Shown one piece after another: positions 53,090 to 63,644 of a stretch of 64,000 bases of DNA. The notes beneath the pieces were generated by a model. That model was not told where the DNA came from, ran no database searches, and saw only the letters and a program-made list of their open reading frames with translations. Both the position numbers and the translations under genes were made by a program. The DNA comes from an uncultured Pseudomonadales bacterium (lineage in GTDB: Bacteria > Pseudomonadota > Gammaproteobacteria > Pseudomonadales > Pseudohongiellaceae). Location of the stretch: assembly GCA_943789485.1 (NCBI GenBank), contig CALSUH010000013.1, forward strand, positions 60,824 through 124,823, given 5' to 3'. Numbering within the stretch: the first letter of the stretch is position 1; each line of letters opens with the position of its first letter.

Positions 53090-55390
53090 GTGAAGTGTCT
53101 TCACACATGCTCTGCTTGCAACAACCTTCTCCTAAAGATTCGGCCGCATTGCTCTACTGTATTGCTTACCGCATTGGTTATTCTTGGATGCGCGATTCCC
53201 TCTGCCTCTGCCCAGGAAGTGGTAGTAGGTGAGGACGCGGATGGGAGATTGACAGTCAAGGCAGTTCGCTACAATGGTGACGTCGAACTTGACGGGGTAC
53301 TCGACGAAGGCATCTACACGCAAGTCGCACCAGCCGATTATTTTATTCAACAACTTCCCGACGATGGCGAGCCCGCTAGCGAGCGAACCGAAGCCTGGGT
53401 CTATTTCGATGACGACAATCTGTATGTAGCAGCGCGCAACTACGAGTCGGTGCCCGAAGAAGATTGGGTTGCCAACGAAATGCGGCGCGATACCAGCCAG
53501 CTGCGCACCAACGACTCCTTCTCAGTCATGCTGGATACCTTTCTGGATCGGCGTAATGGCGTCGCTTTTCTCGTTACACCGATAGGAGGCTTCTCCGACT
53601 TCGCCATAGCTAACGAGGGTGACCGAGGGCGCGGCGTGAACTTTGACTGGAATATCGTCTGGGACTCGCGTGTAGCACGCTTCGATGGTGGCTGGACTGT
53701 TGAGATGCAAATTCCTTTTCGCTCGCTGCGTTACACACCCGGAGAGAATCAAACCTGGGGCATCCAGTTCCGTCGCATCATCAGACGCCTGAACGAAGCT
53801 TCGTATCTTACTGAGCTACCGATCTCCGCCGCGCTAGGAAATAGTCTAGTGGCCGGCATGTGGCGCATCTCCGAAGCTGCAACGTTAAACGAGTTAGAGG
53901 TTCCTCCTCGAAATTTCAATCTAGAAATTAAGCCTTATGGCCTAGGGACTGTCACAACGAATCGACTTAGCAATCCTCAAATTGAGAATCAATTCGATGG
54001 CGAGGCCGGTATCGACGTCAAGTTCGGTATCACCAACAACCTTACCGCAGACTTTACTTACAACACCGACTTCGCCCAAGTAGAGGTGGACGAGCGCCAG
54101 GTCAACCTGTCGCGCTTCAGTTTGTTTTTCCCTGAGAAGCGCGAGTTTTTTCTCGAGGGACGAGGCAATTTCGATTTTACCCAGCCGCGCAATCTCGACA
54201 TCCCGACTATGTTCTTCAGTCGTCGTATTGGTCTGGAGCAGGGACAGATAGTGCCGATCAACGTCGGCGGACGCTTGACCGGCAAGGTTGGTGATTTCGA
54301 CATCGGCGCCCTGAACATCAGCACAGACGGAGGGAGTCTAGATGGCATCGAATCTACCGATTTTTCTGTGCTTCGCGTCAAACGAGACATTTTAAGCCGC
54401 AGCAGGATCGGTATGATTCTGACCGACCGCAGTAAGTCCACTATTAGCTCCGGCTCCAATCAACTTTACGGTGTCGATGGACAATTTAACTTTATGGACG
54501 CTTTCGAAATTAGTGCCTTCGCCGCGAAAACGGATACGACAGGTTTAAACGGGGATGACTCGAGTTACATGGCCAACTTCGATTACAACGCTGACCGCTA
54601 CGGCCTGCGCTCCGGCTATTTAGTTGTCGAGGATAATTTTAATCCAGAGATTGGGTTTAAGCGCCGTAATAATTTCAAGCAATACGAAGGCGGCGGTAGA
54701 TTCAGCCCGCGTATAGCGTCTAGCGAATCAATACGTCGCCTTGTACTACAAGCAAACACTGAATCATTTTGGTCAGCAAGTACGGATGATCTCGAGACTC
54801 GCAAGCATGAAGTCAGCTTTACCACTGAATTCGAAGAAGGTGACTCCTTAAACGTCTCCATAGTCGACGAATTCGAGATGTTAAGTAGACCCTTTCAGAT
54901 CGCGTCTGGCGTTACTCTGCAACCGGGTGATTACGACTTCACCAGCTACAGTGCTACTTACCGCCTTGGAACACAGAGACAGTTCAGCGGGCTGATCTCC
55001 CTGCGAGTCGGTGATTTTTGGAGTGGAACCAATACTGCTATTGGACTTAGCGCCGGTCGTCTCGAGTTGTCTCCTCAATTGTCCGTAGAACCCAGTTATT
55101 CATTTAACAAAATCGAGTTGCCAGAAGGAGACTTCAGAACTGAATTAGGACGCTTCAGGGTAACCTACACGATCACACCGCGAATGTACTTTAGTGGACT
55201 CGTGCAGTATGACTCTCGAGCGGACTCTTTCAGTTCCAACTTACGTTTTCGTTGGGAGTGGGCGCCGGGCAGCGAATTATTCGTGGTCTATAGTGACGAT
55301 CAGGATACCGACCCATTCATGAATCCTAGTTCGATGGAACTACGAAACCGAGGGCTTGCAATAAAATTCAATCGACTGTTTCAGATATAA
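53090..55390 (+). CDS. Large exported beta-rich protein, CBM9-like N-terminus plus DUF5916-like barrel
   Basis: 766 aa, GTG start. Signal-like LLTALVILGCAIPSASAQ. N-terminal VELDGVLDEGIY..AWVYFDDDNLYVAA, a long alternating beta pattern, and a C-terminal ..FNRLFQI. The family name is recalled from memory. Confidence 0.6.
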   Translation: MKCLHTCSACNNLLLKIRPHCSTVLLTALVILGCAIPSASAQEVVVGEDADGRLTVKAVRYNGDVELDGVLDEGIYTQVAPADYFIQQLPDDGEPASERTEAWVYFDDDNLYVAARNYESVPEEDWVANEMRRDTSQLRTNDSFSVMLDTFLDRRNGVAFLVTPIGGFSDFAIANEGDRGRGVNFDWNIVWDSRVARFDGGWTVEMQIPFRSLRYTPGENQTWGIQFRRIIRRLNEASYLTELPISAALGNSLVAGMWRISEAATLNELEVPPRNFNLEIKPYGLGTVTTNRLSNPQIENQFDGEAGIDVKFGITNNLTADFTYNTDFAQVEVDERQVNLSRFSLFFPEKREFFLEGRGNFDFTQPRNLDIPTMFFSRRIGLEQGQIVPINVGGRLTGKVGDFDIGALNISTDGGSLDGIESTDFSVLRVKRDILSRSRIGMILTDRSKSTISSGSNQLYGVDGQFNFMDAFEISAFAAKTDTTGLNGDDSSYMANFDYNADRYGLRSGYLVVEDNFNPEIGFKRRNNFKQYEGGGRFSPRIASSESIRRLVLQANTESFWSASTDDLETRKHEVSFTTEFEEGDSLNVSIVDEFEMLSRPFQIASGVTLQPGDYDFTSYSATYRLGTQRQFSGLISLRVGDFWSGTNTAIGLSAGRLELSPQLSVEPSYSFNKIELPEGDFRTELGRFRVTYTITPRMYFSGLVQYDSRADSFSSNLRFRWEWAPGSELFVVYSDDQDTDPFMNPSSMELRNRGLAIKFNRLFQI

Positions 55391-55825
55391 ACTAGCAGAT
55401 CTGCGGGCTCCATAATTTATAAGTTTCTGTCCCCCCCAGAATTGATGTGCAGCAAGAATCATTTCTGACCGGCCTCTATTTTTGTACAGATCCACAACCG
55501 AGAACGTAAGAGGCTTTCTAAACACTCCCTTCGCATAAAAAAAATGGCCGGCCCCGCAACAGTATTCCTTCCCACCGAGTTTGAGAAGGCATCTGCTGTA
55601 GAACGAGACGGATTTGTGTGGAAAACACAAGAGTTGCACTTTGCTAAATTACCTGAAAAGCATCATCGCAAACCAATGCTGCAAACTGTGCTCACTCTGA
55701 AAGGTCTTAAGGAATCGACAAGCCAGAAGATGGCGACATACCGAGCGTCGATTCCATTGGAAGCGATTTCATTTACTTCCAGTTAGTTAGTGATTGGGTT
55801 AGCTACTTTAGAAGAATTCATGAGA

Positions 55826-56473
55826 TCAAATCACGTACCGGTATACCGCGACAAAATGAAAGATGCTGCCGAACATAGTGAATATATGGAAGATGGCGTG
55901 ATTCAATGGGATTTTTCGGATCCCATAGAGTATCGCACCTAGCGTATAGGCTAGGCCACCCGCTACCAACCAACGCATCCCCATGATAGGCATTTTTTCT
56001 ATCAGCGGAACTATGGCAAACACGATAAGCCAACCCATGAACAAATACATCAGTGTAGAGAGCAAGCGATAGCGGCCGGCAAAGAATATCTTTAGTGTGA
56101 TGCCAACAACAGCCATCCCCCAGGAGATGCCGAACATAATCCAGCCGATGGAGCCTTGCAGGACGACCAAGACAAAGGGGGTGTAAGTGCCTGCAATCAG
56201 AAGATAGATGCTGGCATGGTCCATGATGCGCAATCGACGGCGCCATCGCGGCGAGCGGCTGCTATGGTAGAGCGTAGAGGCAGCGTAGGTAATTATCAGG
56301 CTACAACCAAAAATCGTAACACTCACGATCGTCAATATGTCGCCATTCGGCATTGAGTGAAGCAGCAATGCAACCAAGGCTATAATACTCAGGACAAAAC
56401 CCAGAGCATGGGATGAGACGTTAAGGGTTTCCTCTAGGGCGCTATATTGTAACGTGGTTGAATCGGATACCAT
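55826..56473 (-). CDS. Hemolysin III / PAQR-family membrane protein
   Basis: 215 aa, seven helices. Motifs NVSSHALGF, STLYHS, DHASIYLLIAGTYTPF, HAIFHIF. Confidence 0.85.
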   Translation of the reverse strand: MVSDSTTLQYSALEETLNVSSHALGFVLSIIALVALLLHSMPNGDILTIVSVTIFGCSLIITYAASTLYHSSRSPRWRRRLRIMDHASIYLLIAGTYTPFVLVVLQGSIGWIMFGISWGMAVVGITLKIFFAGRYRLLSTLMYLFMGWLIVFAIVPLIEKMPIMGMRWLVAGGLAYTLGAILYGIRKIPLNHAIFHIFTMFGSIFHFVAVYRYVI

Positions 56474-56707
56474 GGATGGCAGTATGGCCGGAACTATTGG
56501 TCCTTACCAGCCTCCAACTTCAAACCTTTTGTTTATTACTGACAATCCTATTCAATAGAAAATCAGCCCTTTTAAGTGAATCAACCATTACAGATAGACT
56601 ACAAATTTAACTCGTGATGAGCAGGCTTCACACCATCACCCTATTCTGCGACAAAGTTTAAGTATTGATAATACCTATCCTAAAAACTTTAGATTCGCTA
56701 AAGCAAA

Positions 56708-57625
56708 CTAAAGATAGAGGTCGGCAAGCTCTATCCAGACCGGAATCACGAAAAAAGACGCAAGGGTTTGCAAAGTAATGATATTCGCCATGAGACTCTC
56801 GTTGCCACCGAGTTGTTTGGCGAGAATATAAGCTGACGGTGGAGCGGGTAATGCGGTTAGTAGCAAGAGTATTACCGCAACGCTATTGGGTGTTTCAAAC
56901 AGTACACAGGCCGCTAATACTAGGCCTGGAAATACAGCAAGCTTATTGATCACAGCCACTAGTAACTGCCAACTCTGCTCTCCTAAAGTAACGAATCGTA
57001 TTCCCGCCCCTACTGCGAGGAGGCCTATAGGCAGCGCTGGCTGGCTGAGTATCTCTATCACAGACTCGGCGAGTGTTGGAATATTAAAGCCTGTGTAGCT
57101 GATAACGATGCCCGCGACACAAGCCAAAACCAAGGGGTTTTTTGCAACTGCGTTGATGACGCGACTGATCCTCTTCGGTCCACCCTCCCCAGCTCCAGTT
57201 AGCGAGGCCACACACAATATATTCACCAACGGTATATAGATCGTAAGACATAACGCCGCCGTAGTTAGCCCCCCGTCACCATAGAGAACATCGATGCAGG
57301 CGAGCCCAATATAGGTATTAAAGCGAATACTGCCTTGATAGACGGAGCTCAGCGATGCGGAGTCGCTGCTGACAAGCTTCCGCAGGGACAGTATGAGCAC
57401 CGTGATGACAGACAGAGTTAGCCCGATGACCTTACTGATATCGCCGATGTCTTGCCAATCAAAATTTGACGCCGATAGCCGTAGCACTAACAAGGCAGGA
57501 AAAAATATATAGTAGGTTAGTCGTTCCAATTCCGACCACACGGCCTGACTAGAGAGCGGCGTTCGACTGATCAAGAATCCCAACAGGATAATGGCGAAGA
57601 TGGGTGTTAGCGCGCTTAAAATCAT
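56708..57625 (-). CDS. AEC (auxin efflux carrier) family transporter
   Basis: 305 aa, about 10 helices, with the two-repeat architecture and length typical of AEC permeases. Confidence 0.7.
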   Translation of the reverse strand: MILSALTPIFAIILLGFLISRTPLSSQAVWSELERLTYYIFFPALLVLRLSASNFDWQDIGDISKVIGLTLSVITVLILSLRKLVSSDSASLSSVYQGSIRFNTYIGLACIDVLYGDGGLTTAALCLTIYIPLVNILCVASLTGAGEGGPKRISRVINAVAKNPLVLACVAGIVISYTGFNIPTLAESVIEILSQPALPIGLLAVGAGIRFVTLGEQSWQLLVAVINKLAVFPGLVLAACVLFETPNSVAVILLLLTALPAPPSAYILAKQLGGNESLMANIITLQTLASFFVIPVWIELADLYL

Positions 57626-57903
57626 GGCGGCATATTAGCGTCACCTGCCCCGCAATACCACTCTCTTCTTTATCGCGCAGACCCTGACGAATAGCGAGTT
57701 CCTTGACAAAATTTGGGACCGGAGAGATACTTCCGCGCAGTCTAAAAACGGCCTATCTACCAGGGCCAACACTAACACCTCGAATAAAACACTAATTAGT
57801 GCAGCCGCAGAAACGCAATTTCTCCTTACTAGACGACTTATTCAAAGTTTAAAACCAGAGCTAGCAAAAGAGCTACAACTAACATCAAATTTGATACACC
57901 ACT

Positions 57904-58515
57904 ATGGAATATCTAGCAATCATCGCCTTCGCCATCACCACTTGTGTGACACCCGGCCCCAACAACGCCATGATCATGGCATCGGGCTTAAACTATGGCA
58001 TTCAGCGCAGCATGCCGCATTATCTGGGCATCATTCTTGGATTTCCTGCCATGGTGCTCGCCGTCGGCCTTGGCATCGCACAGTTGTTCGAGGTGTATCC
58101 AACGATGCACCTAGTCTTAAAGATTGCTGGTGCCGTCTATCTCAGCTACCTAGCCTACAAAATTGCTACAGCCCCTGTGTCAGAATCTAACGAAACTAAG
58201 GGTAAGCCGTTCACATTTATTCAGGCCGCCGCATTTCAATGGGTAAATCCAAAGGCCTGGGTCTTGGCGGTAGGAGCCACCGTCACCTATACGACTCTCG
58301 GCGAAGGCTATGTGTTGCAGGTAATCACAATCGGGTTGATATTTCTGGTCTTCGGAGCACCCTGCATCATGCTCTGGCTGTGGGGCGGCGCCTCGCTTAA
58401 GACACTCATGCGAAGCCCCAACACTGTGCGGATCTTCAACATCAGCATGGCAATTCTACTCGTTGCTTCTTTGGTGCCCGTATTCATCGAGCTCTATCAA
58501 CAAATCAGAGTCTGA
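57904..58515 (+). CDS. LysE/RhtB-family amino-acid exporter
   Basis: 203 aa, six helices. N-terminal TPGPNNAMIMASG motif. Confidence 0.8.
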   Translation: MEYLAIIAFAITTCVTPGPNNAMIMASGLNYGIQRSMPHYLGIILGFPAMVLAVGLGIAQLFEVYPTMHLVLKIAGAVYLSYLAYKIATAPVSESNETKGKPFTFIQAAAFQWVNPKAWVLAVGATVTYTTLGEGYVLQVITIGLIFLVFGAPCIMLWLWGGASLKTLMRSPNTVRIFNISMAILLVASLVPVFIELYQQIRV

Positions 58516-58589
58516 TTCGCTTAATAGACACTGCGTATTTTGATCGCATCGTGAGATAATCCCAGCACTACAAACAAGGATAAAATACT

Positions 58590-58877
58590 ATGCAATTTTT
58601 GCTTACCGCCTATGACGGCAAAGATGACGGCGCGCTGGATAGACGAATGTCTGTGCGTAAAGCACACATCAACGGAGCCAATGAGCTCAAGGAAGCAGGA
58701 CACTTGATAGCCGGAGGTGCAATTCTCGACGAAGCAGAGCAGATGATTGGTTCGACGATGATTATGGAGTTCGACTCCAAAGCTGAGCTGGACCAGTGGC
58801 TAGCTAGCGACCCCTATGTAACCGGCAACGTCTGGCAGGACATCAGCGTCCTGCCTATTCGCTTGGCTGTCAAATAG
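58590..58877 (+). CDS. YciI-family protein
   Basis: 95 aa: MQFLLTAYDGKDDGALDRRMSVRKAHINGANELKEAGHLIAGGAILD..DPYV, the typical YciI pattern. Confidence 0.75.
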   Translation: MQFLLTAYDGKDDGALDRRMSVRKAHINGANELKEAGHLIAGGAILDEAEQMIGSTMIMEFDSKAELDQWLASDPYVTGNVWQDISVLPIRLAVK

Positions 58878-58878
58878 C

Positions 58879-60180
58879 TTATTCGCCGGGCTGGCGTCGC
58901 TCGAGCTTGAGCCCAATTGCCGTATTGGGGCCGAAGCCTTTCCAATAGGTGTGATCATCTCTGTGCTGGCCACGAGTCACCGAGTAGACGGCATCGGCGC
59001 CGTCAGGGATGACATCAAGATAAGATTCGCGACCTTCGATCTGCTTGAGATAGTGATCGAAATAGACCGTAGCAAAATGATCCATGATGTTATTCATGCG
59101 CGTGTTGTCCCAAACAGGGTCGGTGTAGTGGCTCGCTCCTGTTGTATCTTCGGCGTTCAGTAATTCAACAGGCACTGGATAAGGTGCCCCAGCATTGTGA
59201 CCTGCATTTTTATACGTTAGCAGGTAGCGATCACTGTTGACTGCACCTTCAAAGATTGCCCGAACTCCCGTCTCGTAACCCGCCACAGTATCGTTGTCAC
59301 CCGCTAGATAGAAAGTAGGCACATCGATACCTGCAAGGTCCTCCAAACGCCAAAATCCAGAAGCCATACCCCAAGGCGCGATTGCGAAACCTACCTTGAT
59401 ACGAGGGTCCAGATTAGATCGGTAATCCGGGTTTCCGGTTGCATGCTGATGGAGAAGTTCATTCGGAGGTGCCATTAGCGAGCCAACAATGTCATCGCTG
59501 TATCCGCCACCTAGATTATTCACTAAGCCGTATCCGCCCATGGAATAGCCGACAATACCTGTAGTCTGAGCATCCAGCAGCCCATTGAGGAAGCTACCTG
59601 AATCATTTGAAAGATTGTCTAGAGTATCCAGCACGAAGCGCTGATCCAGAGGACGATTGTAGAGGGTGCTTTGAAAGGCTTGCTGGTCATCGTAGGTGCT
59701 ATCGGTGTGATCGATAGAGGCCACAACGTAGCCCTTACTCGCAAGATTTTCACCCAGGTGACTGATCAGGAAGCGATTACCAGGGTAGCCGTGAGAGATG
59801 ATAACTAACGGATAACGCGCATTGGCACTGCTAGGCTCGGCATCTCGGACCGCAGTTCCGGCAAGAGTTGCAGTAATTGCAGGATTGCGCGTTATCGCCT
59901 GATATTCACCGCCTGGCTCTTGGCCTGTCGCTAGTTCGGCTGGATACCATATCTCAACCATAAGACTTCTATCGTAGATCGCATTCTCGCCGCCGCGATC
60001 TGTATTCAGGATATCGATTCTATCGGAGTCGACAAACTCCAACGTCCGAACACCAATATCGTAGTCTCCGAAGCTCGCCAATTCTGGCGCATCGGGTCTT
60101 ACTGTGTCGATTCGATTATCTTGCGCAAAGCTTATGAAGGAGCAAGAAATTAAAAATACGACCGTGCTAAATCTACCCAT
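58879..60180 (-). CDS. Secreted alpha/beta hydrolase (dienelactone-hydrolase / PAF-acetylhydrolase-like)
   Basis: 433 aa. Signal FLISCSFISFAQ, PLVIISHGYPG, nucleophile elbow GIVGYSMGGYG, later NAGHNAG. Confidence 0.7.
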   Translation of the reverse strand: MGRFSTVVFLISCSFISFAQDNRIDTVRPDAPELASFGDYDIGVRTLEFVDSDRIDILNTDRGGENAIYDRSLMVEIWYPAELATGQEPGGEYQAITRNPAITATLAGTAVRDAEPSSANARYPLVIISHGYPGNRFLISHLGENLASKGYVVASIDHTDSTYDDQQAFQSTLYNRPLDQRFVLDTLDNLSNDSGSFLNGLLDAQTTGIVGYSMGGYGLVNNLGGGYSDDIVGSLMAPPNELLHQHATGNPDYRSNLDPRIKVGFAIAPWGMASGFWRLEDLAGIDVPTFYLAGDNDTVAGYETGVRAIFEGAVNSDRYLLTYKNAGHNAGAPYPVPVELLNAEDTTGASHYTDPVWDNTRMNNIMDHFATVYFDHYLKQIEGRESYLDVIPDGADAVYSVTRGQHRDDHTYWKGFGPNTAIGLKLERRQPGE

Positions 60181-60379
60181 TGGCTCATTCCTATAAATTT
60201 TATCAAACAGGCTCTCCGTTCACGTCACGGGCTACAAGAATAAACGCAGCGAGTTTTTGTGATGGAATAACTGAACAGCGGCAGAGAAGATACTCCTAAT
60301 TACAGCAATCTAATCAGCCCTCAATTCACCCTCTATCAGGTTATTGCGCCCAATATAGAGGATGATTAGATTAAGGGAA

Positions 60380-63300
60380 CTAGTCCTGATATGCCAGTTT
60401 TCGTTCTTCTGCAGTATCGGTATGACCGGTAAAATCATGCAGAATCAAGTAAAGGCTTGGCACCAAAAATAAGGTAATCATAGTGGCAAACAACACTCCA
60501 AAGGAGAGAGAAATAGCCATAGGAATAATGAAGAATGTTGCTGGGTTTGCAGTCGCCATAAGGGGGACAAGACCGATAAACGTGGTTACCGATGTTAGGA
60601 CAATCGGGCGAAAACGCATCATACCTGCTTCCGATACCGCATCAACCATCCCCACACCTTCATCTCTAAGACGATTAATTGAAAGCACCAATACTAAGCT
60701 GGCATTTACCACCACGCCACTTAGTGCAATGATTCCAAGCAGGGAGAAAAAGACCAAATCGGCACCCATAATGAAATGCCCAAAGATCGCACCTATCGCA
60801 CCGAAGGGTATTACGCTCATTATGATTAATGGTTGAGCATAAGACTTCAACGGTATGGCCAACAGCGCGAAGATAACCATCATTGCTATTGGAAAGGTTC
60901 TATACAGCTCATCGAGAGACTCCATGCCTCTCTCCGCTTCTCCGCCAAGTACTAATTCGACATCCAAGTCTCTGGCCCATTGGTCACGATATTTTCCTAT
61001 AATCTCACGCTGTATTTCCTCAGGCTTCACTACAGTACGATCAACGTCACCACGAACAGTTATCACTCGGCGACCGTCTCTCCTATTAATACTGGAGTAA
61101 CTGCTTCCTAAAGAGAAACTTGCGATACTAAGGAAAGGGACTTCAGCTCCAGCAGGCGTTCGAATTAGCAAACCTTCTAAATTTCCGAGGGATTGTCGTT
61201 CTGGCTCCGGGTATCGAACCATTACACGAATATCATCTGACCCGCGCTGGATTCTTTGGGATTCAGCACCATAAAACGCTTGCCTAACTTGGGTTGCAAT
61301 ATCATTGAGGGTAAGCCCAAGGGTCTTACCGCGTTCAAGTATCTGAATTTGTACCTCCTGTTTACCGGCACGAAACGAATCCGATATATCAAAAACTCCT
61401 GGATAGCGCATCAACTCCTCTCGAAGCTGAGTAGATGCTATTTTTAAATTATCGTCATCCCGTCCTTCCAACCTATAATTAATCGCTTCACCAGCAGAAA
61501 ATGCATCAGAGACAAATGAAAGCTCCAATGCATCAGGGATGGTCCCAACTTTCTCTCGCCACCGGTCTCGAATTTCAGCAGAGCTCATTTCTCCTCGGGC
61601 ATAGAAGGGCGCAAGATACAACACAACCTCTGCAACTTCGCTGCTACCAGAATTGCGGCCACCTCCTCCAGGCCCTCCTCGAGGAGCTGTGCCACCTACG
61701 ATGGTAAGTATGCTATCTACCGCTCTTTCTGTTGCTGCCGGGGCTGATCCAAGCCCTTTAAGCTCAAGAAGCTCGAGCTCGAGCTCAGCGGCCAACTCAA
61801 TTGCCGCCGCTTCAATGATATCAATAGCTTCTTCAGTAATATAACCGGGAACTCCAACTGGCATCTTTACAGTGCCCCAGACAGTATCACCCTCAACTGA
61901 AGGCATAAACTGGAAGATAACGCGGCCACTGAACAATAGCGCAACAACGATGATCACCACACCCGTCGCTGTAGCCCAAGCCGCATATCGATATTTTAGA
62001 ACGGTGCGCAATGAGCGCCGGTACCCATGTTCCGCAAAATATTCCATACCAGCAGCTATTTTTTGCTGGAAGACCTGCCATGAACGAACTATAAGCGTCC
62101 CCTCGAGGAAATAGCCCTCCGTTTTTCTATGGGCTATGTGACCGGGAAGAATTAGTTGAGATTCAATAAGACTAGCTATCAAGCAGAAGACGACTACTCC
62201 ACCGATAACATTTGAAAATGCACCAAATTGCCCTCCTTGAAGCAACAAGGGAAGGAATGCCGCCACGGTAGTAAGAACGCCAAAAATAACGGGAACAGAC
62301 ACCTCAAGCGTACCCTCGATCGCTGCAGACTCCTTATCATATCCTTTCTGCTCGAATGCATAAATTCTCTCACCAACTACAATTGCGTCATCAACAACAA
62401 TTCCCAACACCAAAATAAACCCCATAACAGTCAAGGAACTAATAGTTAGCCCAGCGGTAGGGAATATCATTAATGCACCAAAAATGGCTATAGGAATCCC
62501 AGCGGCTACCCAGATCGCCACTTTAAAGCGCAGGAAAAGTGCTAAAATCACCAATACCAATAGCAAGCCTGTATATGCATTCCCAGCTACTGTCGCGATT
62601 CTCGTTTGCGTGCTTATAGAAGAATCAGTGATCACTTCCAGCTTCATACCATTGGGTAAATCGAACTCAGTCGATGCCATGAAAGCACGAACTTGCTGTG
62701 CCGAAGTGACAATATCCTCATCGCCTATACGCAAAACATCGATGATCGCAGCGTTAACTCCATTGTGGCGCGCGTCTAGATACCCTTCTTCAAAACCGTC
62801 TCGAACTATAGCTATTTCACTCAGGCGCAGTTGGGTGCCATCGGGATAAGATTTCACAACAATATTTTCGTACTCGCCACCCGAATAGACCTGACCTTTA
62901 GTTCGAAGCAGTATCTCACCAGATTCAGTTCGAATGGTGCCTCCGGGCAAGTCTAAGGAAGCCCTGTCGATCGCTCTAGATATTTGGTCGAGGGTGAGGT
63001 CATATTGCCGCAGTGTACGCTCAGAAACCTCGATCGAAATTTCAAACGGCCGGATGTACTCAACATTTACAGAAGAAACCTCACTTAAATCCAGCAGGTC
63101 ATTTCGAATCTCTTCAGCAATATTTTTCAGGCTCTGATCATCAGAATCCGAAGACAGTGCCATTGTCATTACATTTCCCGAGCTACTGAAGGCACGGACA
63201 ACTGGTTTTTCTGTTTCCGTAGGGAAAGTAGAGATAGCGTCTACTTTCCCTTTTATATCATTGAGCACTCGATTCAAATCAGCACCGCTGGCAACCGTTA

Positions 63301-63580
63301 GAGTCGAATCGCAGCCACCTTCCCGAGCTGTGGTGGTAAATTGGTCAATGTTTTCGGTACCCTCTAGGGCCTCCTCTATACGCAGACAGACCGCGGATTC
63401 AGATTCTGCTGGAGTCGCGCCCAAGTAAGCTACGCTTACCTGAATCACCCCAAAATCCATATCAGGAAATTCCTCCTGGTTAAGAGATTTATAAGAAATA
63501 AATCCCCCAACCAAGAAAATAATCATCATTAAATTTGCAGCGACTGGGTTTTTAATGAACCAGGTAATGGGAGTTCTCAA
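60380..63580 (-). CDS. RND efflux transporter, inner-membrane permease (AcrB superfamily)
   Basis: 1066 aa with 12-TM, two-large-loop architecture. Motifs MGFILVLGIVVDDAIVVGE and SLLGIIALSGVVVNASLVLV. Confidence 0.9.
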   Translation of the reverse strand: MRTPITWFIKNPVAANLMMIIFLVGGFISYKSLNQEEFPDMDFGVIQVSVAYLGATPAESESAVCLRIEEALEGTENIDQFTTTAREGGCDSTLTVASGADLNRVLNDIKGKVDAISTFPTETEKPVVRAFSSSGNVMTMALSSDSDDQSLKNIAEEIRNDLLDLSEVSSVNVEYIRPFEISIEVSERTLRQYDLTLDQISRAIDRASLDLPGGTIRTESGEILLRTKGQVYSGGEYENIVVKSYPDGTQLRLSEIAIVRDGFEEGYLDARHNGVNAAIIDVLRIGDEDIVTSAQQVRAFMASTEFDLPNGMKLEVITDSSISTQTRIATVAGNAYTGLLLVLVILALFLRFKVAIWVAAGIPIAIFGALMIFPTAGLTISSLTVMGFILVLGIVVDDAIVVGERIYAFEQKGYDKESAAIEGTLEVSVPVIFGVLTTVAAFLPLLLQGGQFGAFSNVIGGVVVFCLIASLIESQLILPGHIAHRKTEGYFLEGTLIVRSWQVFQQKIAAGMEYFAEHGYRRSLRTVLKYRYAAWATATGVVIIVVALLFSGRVIFQFMPSVEGDTVWGTVKMPVGVPGYITEEAIDIIEAAAIELAAELELELLELKGLGSAPAATERAVDSILTIVGGTAPRGGPGGGGRNSGSSEVAEVVLYLAPFYARGEMSSAEIRDRWREKVGTIPDALELSFVSDAFSAGEAINYRLEGRDDDNLKIASTQLREELMRYPGVFDISDSFRAGKQEVQIQILERGKTLGLTLNDIATQVRQAFYGAESQRIQRGSDDIRVMVRYPEPERQSLGNLEGLLIRTPAGAEVPFLSIASFSLGSSYSSINRRDGRRVITVRGDVDRTVVKPEEIQREIIGKYRDQWARDLDVELVLGGEAERGMESLDELYRTFPIAMMVIFALLAIPLKSYAQPLIIMSVIPFGAIGAIFGHFIMGADLVFFSLLGIIALSGVVVNASLVLVLSINRLRDEGVGMVDAVSEAGMMRFRPIVLTSVTTFIGLVPLMATANPATFFIIPMAISLSFGVLFATMITLFLVPSLYLILHDFTGHTDTAEERKLAYQD

Positions 63581-63644
63581 AAAATTGACCTCTGTTTTAG
63601 ATGAATTTAAATTCGAAAAATTTTAAGTGATACCAAAATAAAAA

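Noticed and set aside
55340-55786. ORFs 55340..55639 (-) and 55544..55786 (+) in the spacer after the DUF5916-like gene.
   Set aside because: They are mutually overlapping and have no RBS, signal or motif. The + ORF (80 aa) cannot be excluded, but I have no positive evidence for it.
60483-63137. Numerous 60-120-aa + strand ORFs inside the RND permease gene. Similar ORFs lie inside other long genes, for example 27267..27647, 40442..40666 and 51082..51435.
   Set aside because: These are antisense or off-frame shadows within well-supported long coding regions.
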